Shown: positions 1 to 14,661, numbered from the stretch's first letter. The stretch: DNA of 64,000 nt from Escherichia coli (GCF_024223415.1 NZ_CP100500.1), one strand, 5' to 3'. Translations and numbers: made by a program. The notes: generated from the letters alone by a model not told the origin.

Positions 1-18
1 GACCAGGAGTCTGTACGA

Positions 19-1071
19 TTGAGTAAAAATAAACTCTCCAAAGGCCAGCAGCGCCGCGTGAACGCCAATCACCAGCGTCGTCTTAAAACGTCTAAGGAGA
101 AGTCCGACTACGACGACAATCTGTTTGGCGAGCCTGATGAAGGTATCGTCATCAGCCGCTTTGGTATGCACGCTGATGTGGAATCCGCCGATGGCGACGT
201 TCACCGCTGCAATATTCGCCGCACCATCCGTTCACTGGTAACCGGCGACCGCGTAGTCTGGCGTCCGGGTAAACCGGCGGCGGAAGGCGTAAATGTCAAA
301 GGCATCGTGGAAGCGGTGCATGAGCGCACCTCGGTGTTAACACGCCCGGATTTCTATGACGGCGTGAAACCCATCGCCGCCAACATCGACCAGATTGTCA
401 TTGTCTCCGCCATTTTGCCGGAGCTGTCACTCAATATTATCGACCGTTACCTGGTGGCCTGCGAAACCTTGCAGATTGAGCCGATTATTGTGCTCAACAA
501 GATAGACCTGCTGGACGACGAAGGTATGGAGTTCGTCAACGAGCAGATGGATATCTACCGCAATATCGGTTATCGCGTATTGATGGTTTCCAGCCATACT
601 CAGGATGGGCTAAAACCGCTGGAAGAGGCGTTGACCGGGCGCATCAGCATTTTTGCCGGGCAGTCTGGCGTTGGTAAATCCAGCCTGCTGAACGCGTTGC
701 TGGGGCTGCAAAAAGAGATCCTGACCAACGATGTCTCTGACAACTCGGGGCTCGGTCAGCACACCACGACCGCCGCTCGGCTGTATCACTTCCCGCACGG
801 CGGTGATGTGATTGATTCCCCTGGTGTGCGTGAGTTCGGCCTCTGGCACCTGGAGCCGGAACAAATCACTCAGGGCTTTGTCGAATTCCATGACTATTTA
901 GGTCTGTGTAAATATCGCGATTGCAAACACGATACCGATCCGGGCTGCGCTATCCGGGAAGCGGTTGAGGAAGGGAAAATCGCGGAAACCCGTTTCGAAA
1001 ACTATCACCGTATTCTGGAAAGCATGGCGCAGGTAAAAACGCGTAAAAACTTTTCTGATACGGATGACTGA
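19..1071 (+). CDS. rsgA: Small-subunit ribosome biogenesis GTPase RsgA (YjeQ)
   Basis: 350-aa ORF with P-loop GQSGVGKSS and C-terminal Cys cluster; matches recalled E. coli RsgA; TTG start as given by ORF track. Confidence 0.93.
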   Translation: MSKNKLSKGQQRRVNANHQRRLKTSKEKSDYDDNLFGEPDEGIVISRFGMHADVESADGDVHRCNIRRTIRSLVTGDRVVWRPGKPAAEGVNVKGIVEAVHERTSVLTRPDFYDGVKPIAANIDQIVIVSAILPELSLNIIDRYLVACETLQIEPIIVLNKIDLLDDEGMEFVNEQMDIYRNIGYRVLMVSSHTQDGLKPLEEALTGRISIFAGQSGVGKSSLLNALLGLQKEILTNDVSDNSGLGQHTTTAARLYHFPHGGDVIDSPGVREFGLWHLEPEQITQGFVEFHDYLGLCKYRDCKHDTDPGCAIREAVEEGKIAETRFENYHRILESMAQVKTRKNFSDTDD

Positions 1072-1167
1072 CAATTAAGCTAACCGTCGTTAGAATCGTC
1101 CCCTTTTTTTCAGGATCCGGCATGTAGGCCGGATCAGGAACGACAAAACAATGGCCTGGAGGCTACC

Positions 1168-2136
1168 TTGTTAAATTCATTTAAACTTTCGCTACAGTAC
1201 ATTCTGCCGAAACTATGGCTTACTCGCCTGGCGGGTTGGGGCGCAAGCAAGCGGGCAGGATGGCTGACAAAACTGGTTATCGATCTGTTCGTTAAATACT
1301 ACAAGGTCGACATGAAAGAGGCGCAAAAGCCGGACACCGCCAGCTACCGCACCTTTAACGAATTCTTTGTCCGTCCGCTGCGTGACGAAGTACGCCCAAT
1401 CGATACCGATCCGAATGTCCTGGTTATGCCTGCCGATGGCGTTATCAGCCAGTTGGGTAAAATCGAAGAAGATAAAATCCTGCAAGCCAAAGGCCACAAC
1501 TACAGCCTCGAAGCCCTGCTGGCAGGCAACTATCTGATGGCGGACCTGTTCCGCAACGGTACGTTTGTGACCACTTACCTCTCCCCGCGTGACTACCACC
1601 GCGTACACATGCCGTGCAACGGTATTCTGCGTGAGATGATCTACGTGCCGGGCGATCTCTTCTCCGTTAACCATCTCACGGCTCAGAACGTGCCGAATCT
1701 GTTTGCCCGTAACGAACGCGTGATCTGCCTGTTCGATACCGAATTTGGCCCAATGGCGCAGATTCTGGTCGGTGCGACGATTGTAGGCAGCATTGAGACT
1801 GTCTGGGCGGGCACCATTACGCCGCCGCGCGAAGGCATCATCAAGCGCTGGACCTGGCCTGCCGGGGAAAACGACGGTTCTGTGGCACTGCTGAAAGGCC
1901 AGGAAATGGGTCGTTTTAAACTCGGTTCCACCGTTATCAACCTGTTTGCACCGGGTAAAGTGAATCTGGTTGAGCAACTGGAAAGCCTGTCTGTCACGAA
2001 AATTGGCCAGCCGCTGGCAGTATCTACCGAAACCTTTGTTACGCCAGACGCTGAACCAGCTCCACTTCCTGCTGAAGAGATCGAAGCAGAACACGACGCC
2101 AGCCCATTGGTTGACGATAAAAAAGACCAGGTCTAA
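1168..2136 (+). CDS. psd: Phosphatidylserine decarboxylase proenzyme
   Basis: 322-aa ORF, matches recalled E. coli Psd (322 aa); conserved position after rsgA. Confidence 0.93.
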
Positions 2137-2157
2137 TCCATCAAAGGAAACGCTGAC

Positions 2158-5100
2158 GTGCGCCTGATTATCACTTTTCTGATGGCCTGGTGCCTCAGTT
2201 GGGGGGCGTACGCCGCGACGGCCCCCGATAGCAAACAAATCTCACAAGAACTGGAGCAGGCAAAAGCGGCGAAACCCGCACAGCCGGAAGTCGTAGAGGC
2301 GCTCCAGTCTGCCTTAAATGCGCTTGAGGAACGAAAAGGTTCCCTTGAGCGCATCAAGCAATATCAAGAAGTCATTGATAATTATCCGAAACTCTCCGCT
2401 ACTCTGCGCGCACAATTAAACAACATGCGTGACGAGCCGCGCAGCGTGTCGCCGGGGATGTCTACCGACGCGCTGAATCAGGAAATTCTCCAGGTCAGCA
2501 GTCAGTTGCTGGATAAAAGCCGTCAGGCCCAGCAAGAGCAGGAGCGCGCCCGCGAGATTGCCGATTCGCTGAATCAACTGCCGCAACAGCAAACCGACGC
2601 CCGCCGTCAGTTAAACGAGATCGAGCGCCGCCTGGGAACGCTTACCGGCAATACTCCGCTCAATCAGGCACAAAATTTCGCGTTGCAGTCTGACTCCGCA
2701 CGTCTTAAGGCGCTCGTTGATGAACTGGAGCTGGCGCAGCTGTCTGCCAATAACCGCCAGGAATTAGCGCGCTTGCGCTCAGAGCTGGCGGAAAAAGAGA
2801 GCCAGCAACTGGATGCGTATTTGCAGGCCTTGCGTAATCAATTGAACAGCCAACGCCAGCTTGAGGCAGAGCGGGCGCTGGAAAGTACCGAATTACTAGC
2901 AGAAAACAGTGCCGATTTGCCGAAAGATATCGTCGCGCAATTCAAAATTAACCGCGAACTATCGGCGGCTTTGAATCAACAGGCGCAGCGGATGGATCTC
3001 GTTGCCTCGCAACAGCGTCAGGCTGCCAGCCAGACGTTACAGGTCCGGCAGGCGTTGAATACGCTGCGTGAACAGTCGCAATGGCTGGGATCGTCCAATC
3101 TGCTCGGCGAAGCGTTGCGGGCGCAGGTGGCACGGCTGCCGGAAATGCCGAAACCACAACAGCTTGATACCGAAATGGCGCAGTTGCGTGTGCAACGGTT
3201 ACGTTATGAGGATCTGCTTAATAAACAGCCGCTGCTACGGCAAATTCATCAGGCCGACGGTCAGCCGCTGACTGCCGAGCAAAACCGTATTCTGGAAGCA
3301 CAGCTACGCACTCAGCGTGAGTTGCTGAACTCATTGTTGCAGGGTGGCGACACGCTACTGCTGGAACTGACCAAGCTGAAAGTCTCCAACGGGCAACTGG
3401 AAGATGCGCTGAAAGAAGTGAACGAAGCGACGCACCGCTATCTGTTCTGGACCTCTGACGTGCGCCCGATGACCATCGCCTGGCCGCTGGAAATCGCCCA
3501 GGATCTGCGTCGTCTCATTTCGCTGGACACCTTCAGTCAGTTGGGCAAAGCCAGTGTGATGATGCTGACCAGCAAAGAGACGATTTTGCCGCTGTTTGGC
3601 GCGTTGATTCTGGTCGGTTGCAGTATTTACTCGCGCCGCTATTTTACCCGTTTTCTTGAACGTTCGGCGGCGAAAGTCGGTAAAGTGACTCAGGATCACT
3701 TCTGGCTGACGTTACGCACTCTTTTCTGGTCGATTCTCGTCGCGTCACCGCTGCCGGTGCTGTGGATGACGCTGGGTTACGGCTTGCGCGAGGCGTGGCC
3801 TTATCCGCTGGCGGTCGCGATTGGCGATGGTGTAACGGCCACCGTGCCGCTGCTGTGGGTAGTGATGATTTGCGCCACCTTTGCCCGCCCGAACGGCTTG
3901 TTTATCGCTCATTTTGGCTGGCCGCGCGAACGTGTTTCTCGTGGGATGCGCTACTACCTGATGAGCATCGGGCTTATTGTGCCACTGATTATGGCGCTGA
4001 TGATGTTCGATAACCTCGACGACCGCGAATTTTCCGGTTCGCTGGGACGGCTTTGCTTTATCCTCATTTGCGGTGCGCTGGCGGTGGTCACCCTCAGCCT
4101 GAAAAAGGCCGGGATCCCGCTGTATCTCAACAAAGAGGGCAGCGGCGACAACATTACCAACCATATGCTGTGGAACATGATGATTGGCGCGCCACTGGTT
4201 GCCATTCTGGCGTCGGCGGTGGGTTATCTGGCAACGGCGCAGGCACTGTTAGCGAGGCTTGAAACCTCGGTTGCCATCTGGTTCCTGCTACTGGTGGTTT
4301 ATCACGTTATCCGCCGCTGGATGCTGATCCAACGACGCAGGCTGGCGTTTGACCGGGCGAAGCATCGCCGGGCAGAGATGTTAGCGCAACGTGCGCGTGG
4401 CGAAGAGGAAGCACATCATCACAGTAGCCCGGAAGGGGCAATTGAAGTCGATGAAAGCGAAGTCGATCTCGATGCCATCAGTGCGCAGTCCTTGCGGCTG
4501 GTGCGCTCAATTTTGATGTTGATCGCCCTGCTTTCGGTCATTGTGCTGTGGTCAGAAATCCATTCCGCTTTCGGCTTCCTCGAAAATATTTCGCTGTGGG
4601 ATGTCACCTCCACGGTACAGGGCGTAGAAAGTCTGGAGCCGATTACCCTCGGTGCGGTGCTGATTGCCATTCTGGTGTTTATCATCACCACGCAGCTGGT
4701 GCGCAATCTGCCCGCGCTGCTGGAACTGGCGATTTTGCAGCACCTGGATTTAACGCCGGGTACCGGCTACGCCATCACCACCATCACCAAATATCTGCTG
4801 ATGCTGATTGGCGGGCTGGTCGGCTTCTCGATGATTGGTATTGAGTGGTCGAAATTGCAGTGGCTGGTCGCCGCGCTCGGTGTTGGTCTCGGTTTTGGTT
4901 TGCAGGAAATTTTCGCCAACTTTATCTCTGGCCTGATCATCCTGTTCGAAAAACCGATTCGCATTGGCGATACGGTAACGATCCGCGATCTTACTGGTAG
5001 CGTGACAAAAATTAACACCCGCGCCACCACCATCAGCGACTGGGACCGTAAAGAGATAATCGTGCCGAACAAGGCGTTTATTACCGAGCAGTTTATCAAC

Positions 5101-5481
5101 TGGTCGCTCTCTGACTCGGTCACGCGCGTGGTGTTGACGATTCCGGCCCCTGCCGATGCCAACAGTGAAGAAGTGACGGAAATCCTGCTCACCGCAGCGC
5201 GTCGCTGCTCGCTGGTGATCGACAACCCGGCACCGGAAGTCTTCCTGGTGGATCTGCAACAGGGGATTCAGATTTTCGAGCTGCGTATTTACGCCGCTGA
5301 GATGGGTCACCGTATGCCGCTACGCCATGAGATCCACCAGCTGATTCTGGCTGGCTTCCATGCCCACGGTATCGATATGCCATTCCCGCCCTTCCAGATG
5401 CGTCTGGAAAGCCTCAACGGTAAACAAACGGGGAGAACGCTGACGTCTGCGGGCAAAGGTCGTCAGGCGGGAAGTTTGTAA
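2158..5481 (+). CDS. mscM: Miniconductance mechanosensitive channel MscM (YjeP)
   Basis: 1107-aa ORF: signal peptide, long coiled-coil periplasmic region rich in Q/E/R, multiple TM helices and MscS-like C-terminal domain; GTG start. Confidence 0.9.
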   Translation: MRLIITFLMAWCLSWGAYAATAPDSKQISQELEQAKAAKPAQPEVVEALQSALNALEERKGSLERIKQYQEVIDNYPKLSATLRAQLNNMRDEPRSVSPGMSTDALNQEILQVSSQLLDKSRQAQQEQERAREIADSLNQLPQQQTDARRQLNEIERRLGTLTGNTPLNQAQNFALQSDSARLKALVDELELAQLSANNRQELARLRSELAEKESQQLDAYLQALRNQLNSQRQLEAERALESTELLAENSADLPKDIVAQFKINRELSAALNQQAQRMDLVASQQRQAASQTLQVRQALNTLREQSQWLGSSNLLGEALRAQVARLPEMPKPQQLDTEMAQLRVQRLRYEDLLNKQPLLRQIHQADGQPLTAEQNRILEAQLRTQRELLNSLLQGGDTLLLELTKLKVSNGQLEDALKEVNEATHRYLFWTSDVRPMTIAWPLEIAQDLRRLISLDTFSQLGKASVMMLTSKETILPLFGALILVGCSIYSRRYFTRFLERSAAKVGKVTQDHFWLTLRTLFWSILVASPLPVLWMTLGYGLREAWPYPLAVAIGDGVTATVPLLWVVMICATFARPNGLFIAHFGWPRERVSRGMRYYLMSIGLIVPLIMALMMFDNLDDREFSGSLGRLCFILICGALAVVTLSLKKAGIPLYLNKEGSGDNITNHMLWNMMIGAPLVAILASAVGYLATAQALLARLETSVAIWFLLLVVYHVIRRWMLIQRRRLAFDRAKHRRAEMLAQRARGEEEAHHHSSPEGAIEVDESEVDLDAISAQSLRLVRSILMLIALLSVIVLWSEIHSAFGFLENISLWDVTSTVQGVESLEPITLGAVLIAILVFIITTQLVRNLPALLELAILQHLDLTPGTGYAITTITKYLLMLIGGLVGFSMIGIEWSKLQWLVAALGVGLGFGLQEIFANFISGLIILFEKPIRIGDTVTIRDLTGSVTKINTRATTISDWDRKEIIVPNKAFITEQFINWSLSDSVTRVVLTIPAPADANSEEVTEILLTAARRCSLVIDNPAPEVFLVDLQQGIQIFELRIYAAEMGHRMPLRHEIHQLILAGFHAHGIDMPFPPFQMRLESLNGKQTGRTLTSAGKGRQAGSL

Positions 5482-5631
5482 TGCATGAAGCTGCCAAATG
5501 ATGTCAACGTGGCTCATTTAGCAGCTTAACATCATCTTCAGTTATCACCGGCCCTGGAGAGTATCATCCATACGCATTACTTCCTGACAACTCATCGCCG
5601 GAGAGACGATGAGTTGCAGGATTTCATATGA

Positions 5632-7134
5632 TCAGTCGAGAGCTAACTCAGGTTTATTCGCCATGCGACTGCAATAGTTCTGGTAAATCGCCATCGCTAA
5701 CAGCGAGAAGAAGACAGGGCCGCCAATCATCCACAATGTGCTGTCCCAGTCTCCGGCTTCAACCACAGGCTGAATGATGGTGAAGACGTTCGCAAATGTC
5801 ACCACCAGTACGACAACCACTGTCGCAATCATTGCCGACAAATGCGTTTTGAAAATCACAAATGGTCTGTCGAGATCCTGACGTGCTTTAAAGAATGGGA
5901 AAGCCAGCGCGAGGAACAGGTAAGGAAGCGTCATAGACACGTTCGCCATCAGCGTCAGCTTGTTAAAGAACGCCGATGCGGTACCGCCACCAAACGAAAC
6001 CAGCAGGATGAAGACAGTAACCAACCCGCACTGCATCCACATGGCGATAGACGGCATCCCCATCGCATTCAGGCGCGTCATCGGTTCCGGCCACAACGCT
6101 TTCGGCGTCCCCTGGATGATGGCTTTCAGCGGTGAATAGCAAAGCGTAAAGAACGCACCGGTATAAGCGAGGAACATCGAAAGTCCGGTAATACGCGCAA
6201 ACCATACGCCCAGCGACAATGACGCTTCAGGTGACAAATGCAGTGCGTTACCCAGCGTCACCCCGAGGCTCTTCATCAGCACATAGGTAATATTGCCAAG
6301 GTTAACGGAACCATTACTTAATACCTGCTGCCAGTTTGTGCTGACGCCCCATAAAAATATTGCCAGCGAATAACCGATTGAAATAACAATAGCGGCAAAA
6401 ACAATACCTTTGGCAAAGTTCTTTTCTGGATTTTCCGTTTTATCGACCAGACCACCAACCGCTTCAATTCCGCCATAGGCAAAAATAGCAAATACCACAA
6501 ACGATAGCATTGCCAGACCGGACTGATAACCCGGGTTCGGCGATGCAAGGAAATTAATATCCTGCGCGAAATGCCCACCATTTAATAACAAAATAGTAAT
6601 GCTTACTAACAGCAATACTAAATTCAGACACATTACTGCAATACCGCCCACCGCAGTAATGCGGGCAATTTTATTAATCCCCTTAGAAGCAACGACGGTG
6701 ACCAGAATCATCCATGCCACTGCCAGCAGACCAACCACCTGCGTAGGCTCCAGTCCGGCAATACGCCAGTGCTGGGTCATGTCGCTACCATAGAGGAATG
6801 TTGAGAACGGTACCCAAACTTTCGCGGAGGTACTCACCATCCAGATGATATAAGAGGAAAACCACATAAACGTACCAATGAAGGCAAAACGTGGTCCGAC
6901 ACTATTATTCATCCAGGAATAGATACCACCTTCTTCTTTGCGATAAGCAGCTCCCATTTCAGCCATCATTAAGGCGAATGGAATAAAGAATAACAATGCA
7001 GAAAATATATAAAAGGGAATCGCACTATAACCCATTAAGTAATAAGCCGATGGGCTATTGGCAAATCCAAATACGGAAGTAAAGATCATCAATATGAGTC
7101 CTATCAGACTCATCTTTTTTATCGTGTGAGGCAT
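5632..7134 (-). CDS. yjeM: Inner-membrane amino acid/polyamine transporter family protein YjeM
   Basis: ORF 5632..7176 trimmed to internal Met (MPHTIKKMSLIG...) giving 500 aa; polytopic membrane protein; conserved K-12 neighbour. Confidence 0.85.
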   Translation of the reverse strand: MPHTIKKMSLIGLILMIFTSVFGFANSPSAYYLMGYSAIPFYIFSALLFFIPFALMMAEMGAAYRKEEGGIYSWMNNSVGPRFAFIGTFMWFSSYIIWMVSTSAKVWVPFSTFLYGSDMTQHWRIAGLEPTQVVGLLAVAWMILVTVVASKGINKIARITAVGGIAVMCLNLVLLLVSITILLLNGGHFAQDINFLASPNPGYQSGLAMLSFVVFAIFAYGGIEAVGGLVDKTENPEKNFAKGIVFAAIVISIGYSLAIFLWGVSTNWQQVLSNGSVNLGNITYVLMKSLGVTLGNALHLSPEASLSLGVWFARITGLSMFLAYTGAFFTLCYSPLKAIIQGTPKALWPEPMTRLNAMGMPSIAMWMQCGLVTVFILLVSFGGGTASAFFNKLTLMANVSMTLPYLFLALAFPFFKARQDLDRPFVIFKTHLSAMIATVVVVLVVTFANVFTIIQPVVEAGDWDSTLWMIGGPVFFSLLAMAIYQNYCSRMANKPELALD

Positions 7135-7352
7135 GAAACCATCCTTCATTTCAGCGCGTGTATAAAACGCGCCCACTGAACTGCACTGCCCAACATTGAG
7201 CGGGCAGCGTAAAAACCAATACAGAATTGATACCTGGATGATATCAAATATCCAGTCTTAAATTGTGGCCTTTAGCGGAAAAATGAAAACATATGCTACA
7301 GAATGGCGCTTATCACGCCATTCTTCGCTGTTAATTCAGTAATTTTTCAGAA

Positions 7353-8330
7353 TTATGCCCGGTCAACGCTAAAGGCGATGACTTCAGCCAGTGTCTCCGC
7401 ACCCAGCGCCAACATCACCAGACGATCAACACCTAATGCCACGCCGGAACAGTCAGGCATACCGACTTTCAAGGCTTCAATCAGATTCTGGTCAATGGGG
7501 TGCTGCGGCAAACCGCGCGCCGCGCGCTTACGGTTATCTTGTTCAAAGCGTTGTTGCTGCTCACGGGCATCCGTCAATTCATGGAAACCATTCGCCAGCT
7601 CAATACCTTTATAATAAACCTCAAAGCGTTCAGCGACCCGATGATCTTCGGTACTGATTTGCGCCAGTGATGCCTGGCTGGCTGGAAAGTGGTACACAAA
7701 GGTCGGTTTTTCTTTACCAATATTTGGCTCTACGCCAAAGGTAAACAGCAATTGTAGCAACGTGTCGCGGTCTTCTTCGGTATCAGCAACATTGCTCAAA
7801 TCCAGTTTCGCTGCCACTTCCCGCAGTTGCGTTTTGTCGGCAGAGAGTGGGTCAATTTCCAGATAACGCAAGAAAGCTTGTTGATAAGAAAGGCTTTCTG
7901 CTGCCGGGCAGTCCAGCACCTGTTGTAAGAGATCGTCCACCTCGTTCATCAACCGGTACATATCATAGTGCGGTCGATACCACTCCAGCATAGTGAACTC
8001 AGGGTTGTGATAACGCCCCATCTCTTCATTACGGAAACTGCGGCACAGCTGGAATACCGGCCCGCAACCGGCAACCAGCAGGCGTTTCATATGGTATTCC
8101 GGGCTGGTCATTAACCAGAGATTCATCCCCTGCGAATGCCCGGGGCCAACGAAACGTGTCTCAAACGGGACCAAATGAATATCGGTTACCGTCGCCTGGC
8201 TCATACAAGGCGTCTCCACCTCCAGCACTCCACGATCGGCAAAGAAACGACGGATCTCCGCCATAATCGCCGCGCGTTTTAATAAGTTAGGAATGGATGC
8301 GCTCGGCTGCCAGGATGCCGTTTCGCTCAT
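7353..8330 (-). CDS. epmA: Elongation factor P lysine(34) lysyltransferase EpmA (PoxA/GenX)
   Basis: ORF trimmed to Met giving 325 aa starting MSETASWQP; class-II aaRS-like (LysRS paralogue) sequence. Confidence 0.9.
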   Translation of the reverse strand: MSETASWQPSASIPNLLKRAAIMAEIRRFFADRGVLEVETPCMSQATVTDIHLVPFETRFVGPGHSQGMNLWLMTSPEYHMKRLLVAGCGPVFQLCRSFRNEEMGRYHNPEFTMLEWYRPHYDMYRLMNEVDDLLQQVLDCPAAESLSYQQAFLRYLEIDPLSADKTQLREVAAKLDLSNVADTEEDRDTLLQLLFTFGVEPNIGKEKPTFVYHFPASQASLAQISTEDHRVAERFEVYYKGIELANGFHELTDAREQQQRFEQDNRKRAARGLPQHPIDQNLIEALKVGMPDCSGVALGVDRLVMLALGAETLAEVIAFSVDRA

Positions 8331-8508
8331 AGTTAAATCTCCAGTTTTTGACAAGGGCACGAAGTCTACTCGCAACGCGACGGCGAGACAAATTTTACGC
8401 AGGAATAAAACAACGGTGGGCAGTGACTAAAAAAAGCACGATCTGATGGTTTAGTAATTAAATTAATCATCTTCAGTGATAATTTAGCCCTCTTGCGCAC
8501 TAAAAAAA

Positions 8509-8522
8509 TCGATCTCGTCAAA
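8509..8522 (+). promoter_or_regulatory. Putative FNR-type dyad in frdA promoter region
   Basis: tcgatctcgtcaaa about 130 bp upstream of frdA start; resembles TTGAT-N4-ATCAA; frd operon is known FNR-activated. Confidence 0.35.
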
Positions 8523-8654
8523 TTTCAGACTTATCCATCAGACTATACTGTTGTACCTATAAAGGAGCAGTGGAATAGCGTTCGCAGACCGTAACTTTCA
8601 GGCACTTACCCTGAAGTACGGGGCTGTGGGATAAAAACAATCTGGAGGAATGTC

Positions 8655-10455
8655 GTGCAAACCTTTCAAGCCGATCTTGCCATTGTAGGCGCCGGTGGCG
8701 CGGGATTACGTGCTGCAATTGCTGCCGCGCAGGCAAATCCAAATGCAAAAATCGCACTAATCTCAAAAGTATACCCGATGCGTAGCCATACCGTTGCTGC
8801 AGAAGGGGGCTCCGCCGCTGTCGCGCAGGATCATGACAGCTTCGAATATCACTTTCACGATACAGTAGCGGGTGGCGACTGGTTGTGTGAGCAGGATGTC
8901 GTGGATTATTTCGTCCACCACTGCCCAACCGAAATGACCCAACTGGAACTGTGGGGATGCCCATGGAGCCGTCGCCCGGATGGTAGCGTCAACGTACGTC
9001 GCTTCGGCGGCATGAAAATCGAGCGTACCTGGTTCGCCGCCGATAAGACCGGCTTCCATATGCTGCACACGCTGTTCCAGACCTCTCTGCAATTCCCGCA
9101 GATCCAGCGTTTTGACGAACATTTCGTGCTGGATATTCTGGTTGATGATGGTCATGTTCGCGGCCTGGTAGCAATGAACATGATGGAAGGCACGCTGGTG
9201 CAGATCCGTGCTAACGCGGTCGTTATGGCTACTGGCGGTGCGGGTCGCGTTTATCGTTACAACACCAACGGCGGCATCGTTACCGGTGACGGTATGGGTA
9301 TGGCGCTAAGCCACGGCGTTCCGCTGCGTGACATGGAGTTCGTTCAGTATCACCCAACCGGTCTGCCAGGTTCCGGTATCCTGATGACCGAAGGTTGCCG
9401 TGGCGAAGGCGGTATTCTGGTCAATAAAAATGGCTACCGTTATCTGCAAGATTACGGCATGGGCCCGGAAACTCCGCTGGGCGAGCCGAAAAACAAATAT
9501 ATGGAACTGGGTCCACGCGACAAAGTCTCTCAGGCCTTCTGGCACGAATGGCGTAAAGGCAACACCATCTCCACGCCGCGTGGCGATGTGGTTTATCTCG
9601 ACCTGCGTCACCTCGGCGAGAAAAAACTGCATGAACGTCTGCCGTTCATCTGCGAACTGGCGAAAGCGTACGTTGGCGTCGATCCGGTTAAAGAACCGAT
9701 TCCGGTACGTCCGACCGCACACTACACCATGGGCGGTATCGAAACCGATCAGAACTGTGAAACCCGCATTAAAGGTCTGTTCGCCGTGGGTGAATGTTCC
9801 TCTGTTGGTCTGCACGGTGCAAACCGTCTGGGTTCTAACTCCCTGGCGGAACTGGTGGTCTTCGGCCGTCTGGCCGGTGAACAAGCGACAGAGCGTGCAG
9901 CAACTGCCGGTAATGGCAACGAAGCGGCAATTGAAGCGCAGGCAGCTGGCGTTGAACAACGTCTGAAAGATCTGGTTAACCAGGATGGCGGCGAAAACTG
10001 GGCGAAGATCCGCGACGAAATGGGCCTGGCTATGGAAGAAGGCTGCGGTATCTACCGTACGCCGGAACTGATGCAGAAAACCATCGACAAGCTGGCAGAG
10101 CTGCAGGAACGCTTCAAGCGCGTGCGCATCACCGACACTTCCAGCGTGTTCAACACCGACCTGCTCTACACCATTGAACTGGGCCACGGTCTGAACGTTG
10201 CTGAATGTATGGCGCACTCCGCAATGGCACGTAAAGAGTCCCGCGGCGCACACCAGCGTCTGGACGAAGGTTGCACCGAGCGTGACGACGTCAACTTCCT
10301 CAAACACACCCTCGCCTTCCGCGATGCTGATGGCACGACTCGCCTGGAGTACAGCGACGTGAAGATTACTACGCTGCCGCCAGCTAAACGCGTTTACGGT
10401 GGCGAAGCGGATGCAGCCGATAAGGCGGAAGCAGCCAATAAGAAGGAGAAGGCGA

Positions 10456-10463
<8 letters not shown>
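8655..10463 (+). CDS. frdA: Fumarate reductase flavoprotein subunit
   Basis: 602 aa, N-terminal FAD-binding GAGGAG motif; matches recalled FrdA. Confidence 0.97.
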
Positions 10464-11596
<1,133 letters not shown>

Positions 11597-11606
11597 GGAG
11601 CCTGAG

Positions 11607-13162
<1,556 letters not shown>

Positions 13163-13250
13163 AATTTCATCGGGTCCGAATTTTCGGACCTTTTCTCCGC
13201 TTTTCCTTGCTGTCATCTACACTTAGAAAAAAACCAGTAAGGAAACATTT

Positions 13251-13784
13251 ATGCGCCTGCTCCCTCTCGTTGCCGCAGCGACAGCTGCATTTCTGGTCGT
13301 TGCCTGCAGTTCTCCTACGCCGCCGCGTGGCGTGACCGTAGTGAATAATTTCGACGCTAAACGCTATCTCGGTACCTGGTATGAGATTGCCCGTTTTGAT
13401 CACCGCTTTGAACGTGGACTGGAAAAAGTCACCGCAACATACAGCCTGAGGGATGATGGCGGCCTGAATGTCATTAATAAAGGCTATAACCCTGACAGAG
13501 AAATGTGGCAGCAGAGTGAAGGGAAAGCGTACTTTACCGGCGCACCAACTCGCGCTGCGCTGAAAGTGTCATTCTTTGGTCCTTTCTATGGCGGTTATAA
13601 CGTTATTGCACTCGATCGGGAATACCGCCATGCGCTGGTTTGCGGCCCGGACCGCGACTACCTGTGGATACTCTCCCGCACGCCAACCATTTCTGACGAA
13701 GTGAAACAGGAGATGCTGGCAGTCGCGACCCGGGAAGGGTTTGATGTCAGTAAGTTTATTTGGGTACAGCAGCCCGGTAGTTAG
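13251..13784 (+). CDS. blc: Outer-membrane lipocalin Blc
   Basis: 177 aa, lipobox LVVAC, lipocalin GTWYEIA motif. Confidence 0.93.
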   Translation: MRLLPLVAAATAAFLVVACSSPTPPRGVTVVNNFDAKRYLGTWYEIARFDHRFERGLEKVTATYSLRDDGGLNVINKGYNPDREMWQQSEGKAYFTGAPTRAALKVSFFGPFYGGYNVIALDREYRHALVCGPDRDYLWILSRTPTISDEVKQEMLAVATREGFDVSKFIWVQQPGS

Positions 13785-14098
13785 TGAGTGCTGAGTTTCA
13801 GACCAATAATCCCCAATACGATTAACGCCAGACTCGCCAGACGCATCGGGTTAGCGGACTCACCGAGCAGCACAATGCCGGTGATGGCCGCGCCGACTGC
13901 GCCAATACCCGTCCACACGGCATAAGCCGTCCCTACTGGTAACGATTTCATCGCCCAGGCAAGTAGCGCCATACTGACAATCATCGCCGTCACGGTAATA
14001 ACACTCGGCGTCAAACGACTAAAGCCGTGGGTATATTTCAGGCCAACGGCCCATACCACTTCCAGCAGACCAGCAATAACTAAGATAATCCAGGACAT
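13781..14098 (-). CDS. gdx: Guanidinium exporter Gdx (SugE), SMR family
   Basis: ORF trimmed to Met ([14 protein letters not shown]...), 105 aa, four-TM SMR protein. Confidence 0.92.
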   Translation of the reverse strand: MSWIILVIAGLLEVVWAVGLKYTHGFSRLTPSVITVTAMIVSMALLAWAMKSLPVGTAYAVWTGIGAVGAAITGIVLLGESANPMRLASLALIVLGIIGLKLSTH

Positions 14099-14116
14099 AT
14101 CAGGCTCCGGAGAATT

Positions 14117-14162
14117 GGGGCCGTCCCCGGTGAAAAGAGGCGTTTGCAGGTCGTCCTGCAAA
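14117..14162 (-). promoter_or_regulatory. Guanidine-II riboswitch (mini-ykkC) in gdx leader
   Basis: On the gdx sense strand two short hairpins uugcagg-ACGA-ccugcaa and ccgggg-ACGG-cccc, each with an ACGR tetraloop, just upstream of the gdx start. Confidence 0.8.
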
Positions 14163-14230
14163 GCTGATGGTTGAACGGATATTTTGCCAGGTGGCAGAGG
14201 AATTTCAACTATTACCTTTGTGACTATCGC

Positions 14231-14267
14231 AAAAAAACAAACGGCACGACACAGCTGTCGTACCGTT
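14231..14267 (-). terminator. Rho-independent terminator after ecnB
   Basis: Near-perfect inverted repeat acggcacgaca-cagctg-tcgtaccgt followed (on minus strand) by U-run. Confidence 0.6.
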
Positions 14268-14278
14268 ATTGCTTATTG

Positions 14279-14425
14279 CTATTGCTGCGCTTTCGTTGCT
14301 GCGCCAGAAATCGCGTTACCGCCATCAGAAATGTCTTCACCAACGCCACGCGTAGTGTTGCAGGCAGTTAATACTGTTGAAAGCACCAGAACAGAAAAGA
14401 TCGCTGCAATTGTCTTCTTCACCAT
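14279..14425 (-). CDS. ecnB: Entericidin B lipoprotein
   Basis: 48-aa [51 protein letters not shown], lipobox LTAC; not in ORF track because short. Confidence 0.85.
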
Positions 14426-14535
14426 AACGTCTTCCTTTTAGGTAATGTTATTTATGTTTGCCTATAGCAAATTAATAATAGACAACATCGCCAAAAATGA
14501 TGGAAATCTGATGATTTTTCGGAAGAGAAGAAAAA

Positions 14536-14661
14536 TTAGCTGGCAGCGCGGGAGATGGAGTTGCCGAGATGTTTGATATCTTCGCCGAAACCGCGAGCGG
14601 TGTTACAGCCCGTGAGCAGCGTGCTGGCAAGCAAAACAAGAACGATAAGGCGTTTCATCAT
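14536..14661 (-). CDS. ecnA: Entericidin A lipoprotein
   Basis: 41-aa [44 protein letters not shown], lipobox LTGC. Confidence 0.85.
   Translation of the reverse strand: MMKRLIVLVLLASTLLTGCNTARGFGEDIKHLGNSISRAAS

Noticed and set aside
1213-2238. 341-aa ORF on minus strand opposite psd
   Set aside because: Entirely antisense to the well-supported psd gene; composition typical of a shadow frame in GC-rich coding DNA; no motif.
9306-10307. 333-aa ORF antisense to frdA
   Set aside because: Shadow ORF inside frdA; no start context or recognisable domain.
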